DNA of 64,000 nucleotides from Tubulanus polymorphus (lineage: Eukaryota > Animalia > Nemertea), in NCBI RefSeq assembly GCF_964204645.1, contig NC_134030.1:21474210-21538209 (forward strand), given 5' to 3'. Position numbers and translations under genes: made by a program. The notes beneath the pieces were generated by a model, which ran no database searches, was not told the DNA's origin, and saw only the letters and a list, made by a program, of their open reading frames with translations. Below are positions 59,619 to 64,000 of this stretch, piece after piece. How positions within the stretch are numbered: position 1 is the first letter of the stretch; the number at the start of each line of letters is the position of its first letter.

Positions 59619-62600
59619 CTATCTCCACTGAGGCGGTTGTTGATATGGATTATTCTGCTGCTGCGGGTATCCACCGTACGGGTTCTGCGGCATCGGATAC
59701 CCACCCTGGGGCTGCGTCGGGTAACCCGGGTACCCGCCGTATTGTTGGGGCGCCTGTGGCGGGTATCCCGGGTACGATTGTTGCGGCGGTTGTTGCCCGG
59801 CGGTTCCGTACATCGCGTACGGGTTGTAGCCCATCGGTACGGGCGGTGGCGGCTGGTACTGACCGTACGGGTACGGCGGAGCTGACTGGGTATAGCTACT
59901 CGCAGAAGCAGACGCGGCCGGAGCAGCTGAAAATGGAATAACGGAAAATTATCATCAGAGAGTTCAAGGTCAAATCAAATCAGTTAAACAGTTTAGACAC
60001 ACGTGCTACAAAAAAAGAAAAACATTTCAAACATGCTTTAAATTAAGCAATAAATCATCCTGCAGTCTGGCCCCTGCAAACTCAGATATTCAATATTGTG
60101 GAGTGAAGTGTGGATGATCAGTTTTTGAAAGTGTGCTGATAAAATGTCTAATATCTGGTGTTTGTAGTTCATTTTCAATTAAAAATGTCTCAGGTGAAGC
60201 ACTGAACACATGTGAAGTGTGGACGATCAGTTTTTGAAAGTGTGCTGATAAAATGTCTAATATCTGGTGTTTGTAGTTCATTTTCAATTAAAAATGTCTC
60301 GGGTGAAGCACTGAACACATGTGAAGTGTGGATGATCAGTTTTTGAAAGTGTGCTGATAAAATGTCTAATATCTGGTGTTTGTAGTTCATTTTCAATTAA
60401 AAATGTCTCGGGTGAAGCACTGAACACATGTGAAGTGTGGATGATCAGTTTTTGAAAGTGTGCTGATAAAATGTCTAATATCTGGTGTTTGTAGTTCATT
60501 TTCAATTAAAAATGTCTCGGGTGAAGCACTGAACACATGTGAAGTGTGGATGATCAGTTTTTGAAAGTGTGCTGATAAAATGTCTAATATCTGGTGTTTG
60601 TAGTTCATTTTCAATTAAAAATGTCTCGGGTGAAGCACTGAACACATGTGAAGTGTGGATGATCAGTTTTTGAAAGTGTGCTGATAAAATGTCTAATGTC
60701 TGGTGTTTGTAGACAATAATAAAGATGACAAAGTATTGAATGTCTGAGTGGTTCAGGGTCCAGACTTAAAGACGGTTTTGTATCTTGGTTGCAGATATAT
60801 AAGCCTAGAAAGCTGATCGATGATTTCTATGAAAACTGATTAACAATGCTGTAGTGTGCAGAGTCTCCACCAGGGGTCTCTACAGTGGAAAACGGGTGAA
60901 AACCTACGAAACTAAAGTGCTGAAAATGTATATCAAGTACCTGCATAAGCCGGGGTATAGCCAGCTGCAAAAACGAAATTAATTCAATAATATCATATTA
61001 ATAAAAAGAAAATTAAATCAATTTAAATTTTTCAATAAATTTCAATATCAAAGATTTATTAGTTAACTGTTTAGGGATATAATCCAATTTTTTGGTTGAT
61101 TATGTACTTCATCAATAGACCAACTTTTGAATGATTTTCCAGAATTTTTCCACTGAAAAACCACATATATTTTTAGGCCTTTTTTCAATACTTTGAGTAC
61201 GGATTTGCCTCTCAGAATTTTGCGAAAATTGTAGTAGCCTGTATTAATCATGATCTTCTTAATTTTTAATCTCGTGATTTGCAAAGAAGATAGTTTATTT
61301 TCAATTGCTTCCATCAAATTCATCGCAATTTTCACCCCTTTTTATTTTCTTTCCGCAGTCAATTTTCATTTCAATTTTTCCCCTGTTGCCTTCCATTTCG
61401 AAACGCCTATTCTAGAAACAATTTCAATTTTTTCCCTTCGCCCTCCAATTTTCTTCCTGAAAAAATCCGTACTTCAAGCGGTTAAAAAAGAAGCCTTATC
61501 AAATTGATGACAGTTTTTACTCCACAACAAAATTAGAAGCGCCCAGAGTCTAATTCACCCTCAACCTAAGAAATAAGCCCTAAAAATAGTCATCAGGATC
61601 CAGTTCCACAGTCGTGAGTTAAGATTTGACTCTGAGTTAAAACATTGAAAATGAACTGATTTTAACTCGGAACTGCGGAACTGGGTCCAGATATAGAAAA
61701 CATTTTGGTGGAAAAATTTTGAAACCAATCCTCGTTGAATTCAGGTTGGCGAGGACTTTAAAGTCCTTAATAAGGTTGCTGTAAATTCTTTATGACAACC
61801 AAAATGATTTCATTTTCCGTTTCGAAGTTTGGATTTAAAAAAATGCAAATCCAAATCTGACCGTCAAACGAGCCTCGAAAAACATTCACACTTTTCTACT
61901 GTCAGTGTTTGGTATAGTTTTCATTGATAATTGATTTACTCAAAGAGAAGAAAATTTGATTCGATTTTGATCAAAATCTAGAAGAAATTCAATTTTTTGA
62001 TTTTGAAGTCTTGATTTAAAAAAAAATCGTGAATCCAAATCCGATCATCAAACGAGTCTCAAAAAAACATTCACACTTTTCTACTGTCAGTGTTTGGTAT
62101 AGTTTTCATTGATAATTGATTTACTCAAAGAGAAGAAAATTTGATTCGATTTTAATTGAAATCTAGAAGAAATTCCACTTTTGATTTTGAAGTCTTGATT
62201 TAAAAAAAATCGTGAATCCAAATTTGATCATCAAACGAGTCTCAAAAAAACATTCACACTTTTCTACTGTCAGTGTTTGGTATAGTTTTCATTGATAATT
62301 GATTTACTCAAAGCAAAGAAAATTTTATCTGATTGTAATCTAGAAGAAATTGAAAAGTAACTAGGCAACTAGCGACATCTGGTAACTACAATTTCTAAAA
62401 TTTGCCGGGTTTTGGCATTCAAAGGGTCGGCAATAACACAGGGTGCGCCACTTTCATTTGACTTGCTTTTTCCCCCTGACTATTCCCTGACACGCGCGTT
62501 GTTTTCCCTGACTTGATCCGCTAAGACTACGATCAATTAACATTAGTCAAATACGTAAAGCATAGACTGAAACAGTTTGATCAAGCAATCATAACAAAAT

Positions 62601-64000
62601 TTCCCCGACTTTCCCCCGATTTTCAGCATTCTTTCAAACAAATTTCCCAACTTTTCCTCCTTGACTTTTTAAACAAGACAAAATTCCCTGACTTTTCACC
62701 GATTTGCAGGTAAGTGGCGCCACCCTGTAACAAGCAATTTCCGGGTACGATAAAATCCTAGTGCTACTTACAATAGGCAGGGGGCGCTACCGAGGTGTTA
62801 GCGGCGGCATACGTCTGAGATACAGGTGGAGGGCGTGGCGGTGCTACTGGCGCGGTAGTTGAACCGGAGGCAGGTGGCGGAGGGCGCGCTGGTGCGGTCC
62901 GTTTTGGCGCTTCAGCTGCGTATACACACAATATATAACATCAACCAAAACGAAACAACAAAAGCAAAAAGCGTGAAAATAGCGAAATATAGATGTTAGT
63001 AAAAATAACCGGTACTTCCACAGAGCAGACGGATGCTTCCTAAATCCCCCCTATGACATCATCAAATTACTCATAACATAGATGGGACATGTCACCCAAT
63101 GACCTCACCAGATTTGACCAAAAAAGATGGATGTGAAAAGATCCGAACTATTTGGCTATTTTGATGATGTCATAGGAGGATCTATGGAGGCGGACATCTT
63201 TCCTAGCAGTGTCTATAGATCGAATCACTAATTCGATGATGTCATAGGGGGAATTAAGGAAGTGGCCGTCTTTTCGTTTTGATGCTAGTTGAATATAGAA
63301 ACATGCTGCGTATGATGAAGTACAAACCGGGTTGTTGCGTCGGTTGGTGATAGCTCGGGGCAGCAGGTGGCGTCTGAGTCGGCTGATTGGCGATCGTACG
63401 TTGTAGGTCTTTCATCAGCTCGTCGCGTTCCGTTTTACGCGCGAAGCAGAAATCGCTGATTTTGCCTTGACAACGCAGCAACAATTGAGTCAGATCGTTA
63501 TAGAACTAGAAAACGAACGAAATTTGAATGATAAAAAAAAAAAACTTTCGAAAAACATCGAGTTTAAATTTCGACTGTCGCAGTGTAGTTACGGTAATGA
63601 GTTTTTGTCTCTATTAAAAGATGGCAGCACCTATCAAACAGTGAAATAGTAGTAACTAATAATACACCGCACTGTGGTGTAGATGCACTATAGGCATTAT
63701 TCAAAATCCTGAGGTGGAAATATTCAAATCATCTCAAGCAACTTCAGGTATTAATTAGTCAGCACTAATTAATCAGTCAGAAAGAATATAGAATGACAAC
63801 AGACCATTTTCTGGCCGAATTGAAATTGTATTCGAAACATTTTTTCGAGATTTCCGGCTATCCACTTTTTCACATACCTTATTCCCTTCTTCGAGATTGT
63901 TCTTCAGTTCCATGTACCCGTCGAAAGCCTCGGCTAAATCCTTCAGCACTTTATCGCGTTCGGCTGCGCTCTGATTCGACTGACGCGCCTGCGCGAATTC
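59619..64000 (-). CDS. PDCD6IP: Programmed cell death 6-interacting protein (ALIX): end of V domain and Pro-rich C-terminus; 5' part lies outside the window
   Basis: Exons 63878->64000, 63328-63505, 62772-62915, 60941-60964 and 59619-59926 join in frame. NNLEEGNK|[43 protein letters not shown]. Confidence 0.95.
60102..60712. repeat. 109-bp tandem repeat (~5.6 copies) in the last ALIX intron
   Basis: Near-identical units; the ORF track shows the same peptide every 109 bp. Confidence 0.95.
61597..61687. mobile_element. Harbinger-like MITE with CAG TSD; relatives at 16405-16501, 24606-24743, 27280-27389, 55620-55760, 57113-57208
   Basis: CAG|GATCCAGTTCCACAG...CTGCGGAACTGGGTC|CAG. Confidence 0.7.
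61820..62350. repeat. ~183-bp tandem repeat (~3 copies)
   Basis: TCAAACGAG at 61865, 62048, 62231. Confidence 0.85.
62439..62727. mobile_element. hAT-like MITE; relatives near 1560-1850 and 39215-39490
   Basis: CAGGGTGCGCCACTT...AAGTGGCGCCACCCTG with TAACA on both flanks; internal TTCCCTGA subrepeats. Confidence 0.65.

Overview
This is AT-rich, intron-rich animal genomic DNA, probably from a non-vertebrate bilaterian (inference). Four protein-coding genes were reconstructed by hand from GT-AG boundaries and reading-frame continuity. (1) The 5' part of a KMT2A/B (MLL/trithorax) gene, minus strand, 16 exons from 14306 to the left edge. It carries the menin/LEDGF motifs, an AT-hook, a nuclear-receptor-type C4 zinc finger, SNL2, a complete CXXC, PHD1-3 and a bromodomain start interrupted by a >400-aa insertion. 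(2) An uncharacterised ~573-588-aa gene, minus strand, CDS 45311 to 23652. It has an N-terminal domain, a probable winged helix and a C-terminal PNP/MTAN-like nucleosidase domain, plus candidate microexons. (3) An intronless HEXIM gene (+, 50950..51792), head-to-head with gene 2. (4) The 3' end of ALIX/PDCD6IP, minus strand. Introns and spacers are filled with MITEs (Harbinger-like, piggyBac-like, hAT-like and one with an 8-bp TSD) and with tandem repeats derived from them. Highlights are an inverted Penelope-type repeat with two complementarily damaged hammerhead ribozymes, two 27- and 36-bp palindromic elements with 7-bp TSDs upstream of KMT2, the wHTH-nucleosidase gene, and an MLL carrying both NR-finger and CXXC domains. 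No prokaryotic features, CRISPR arrays, rRNA or intact tRNA were seen.
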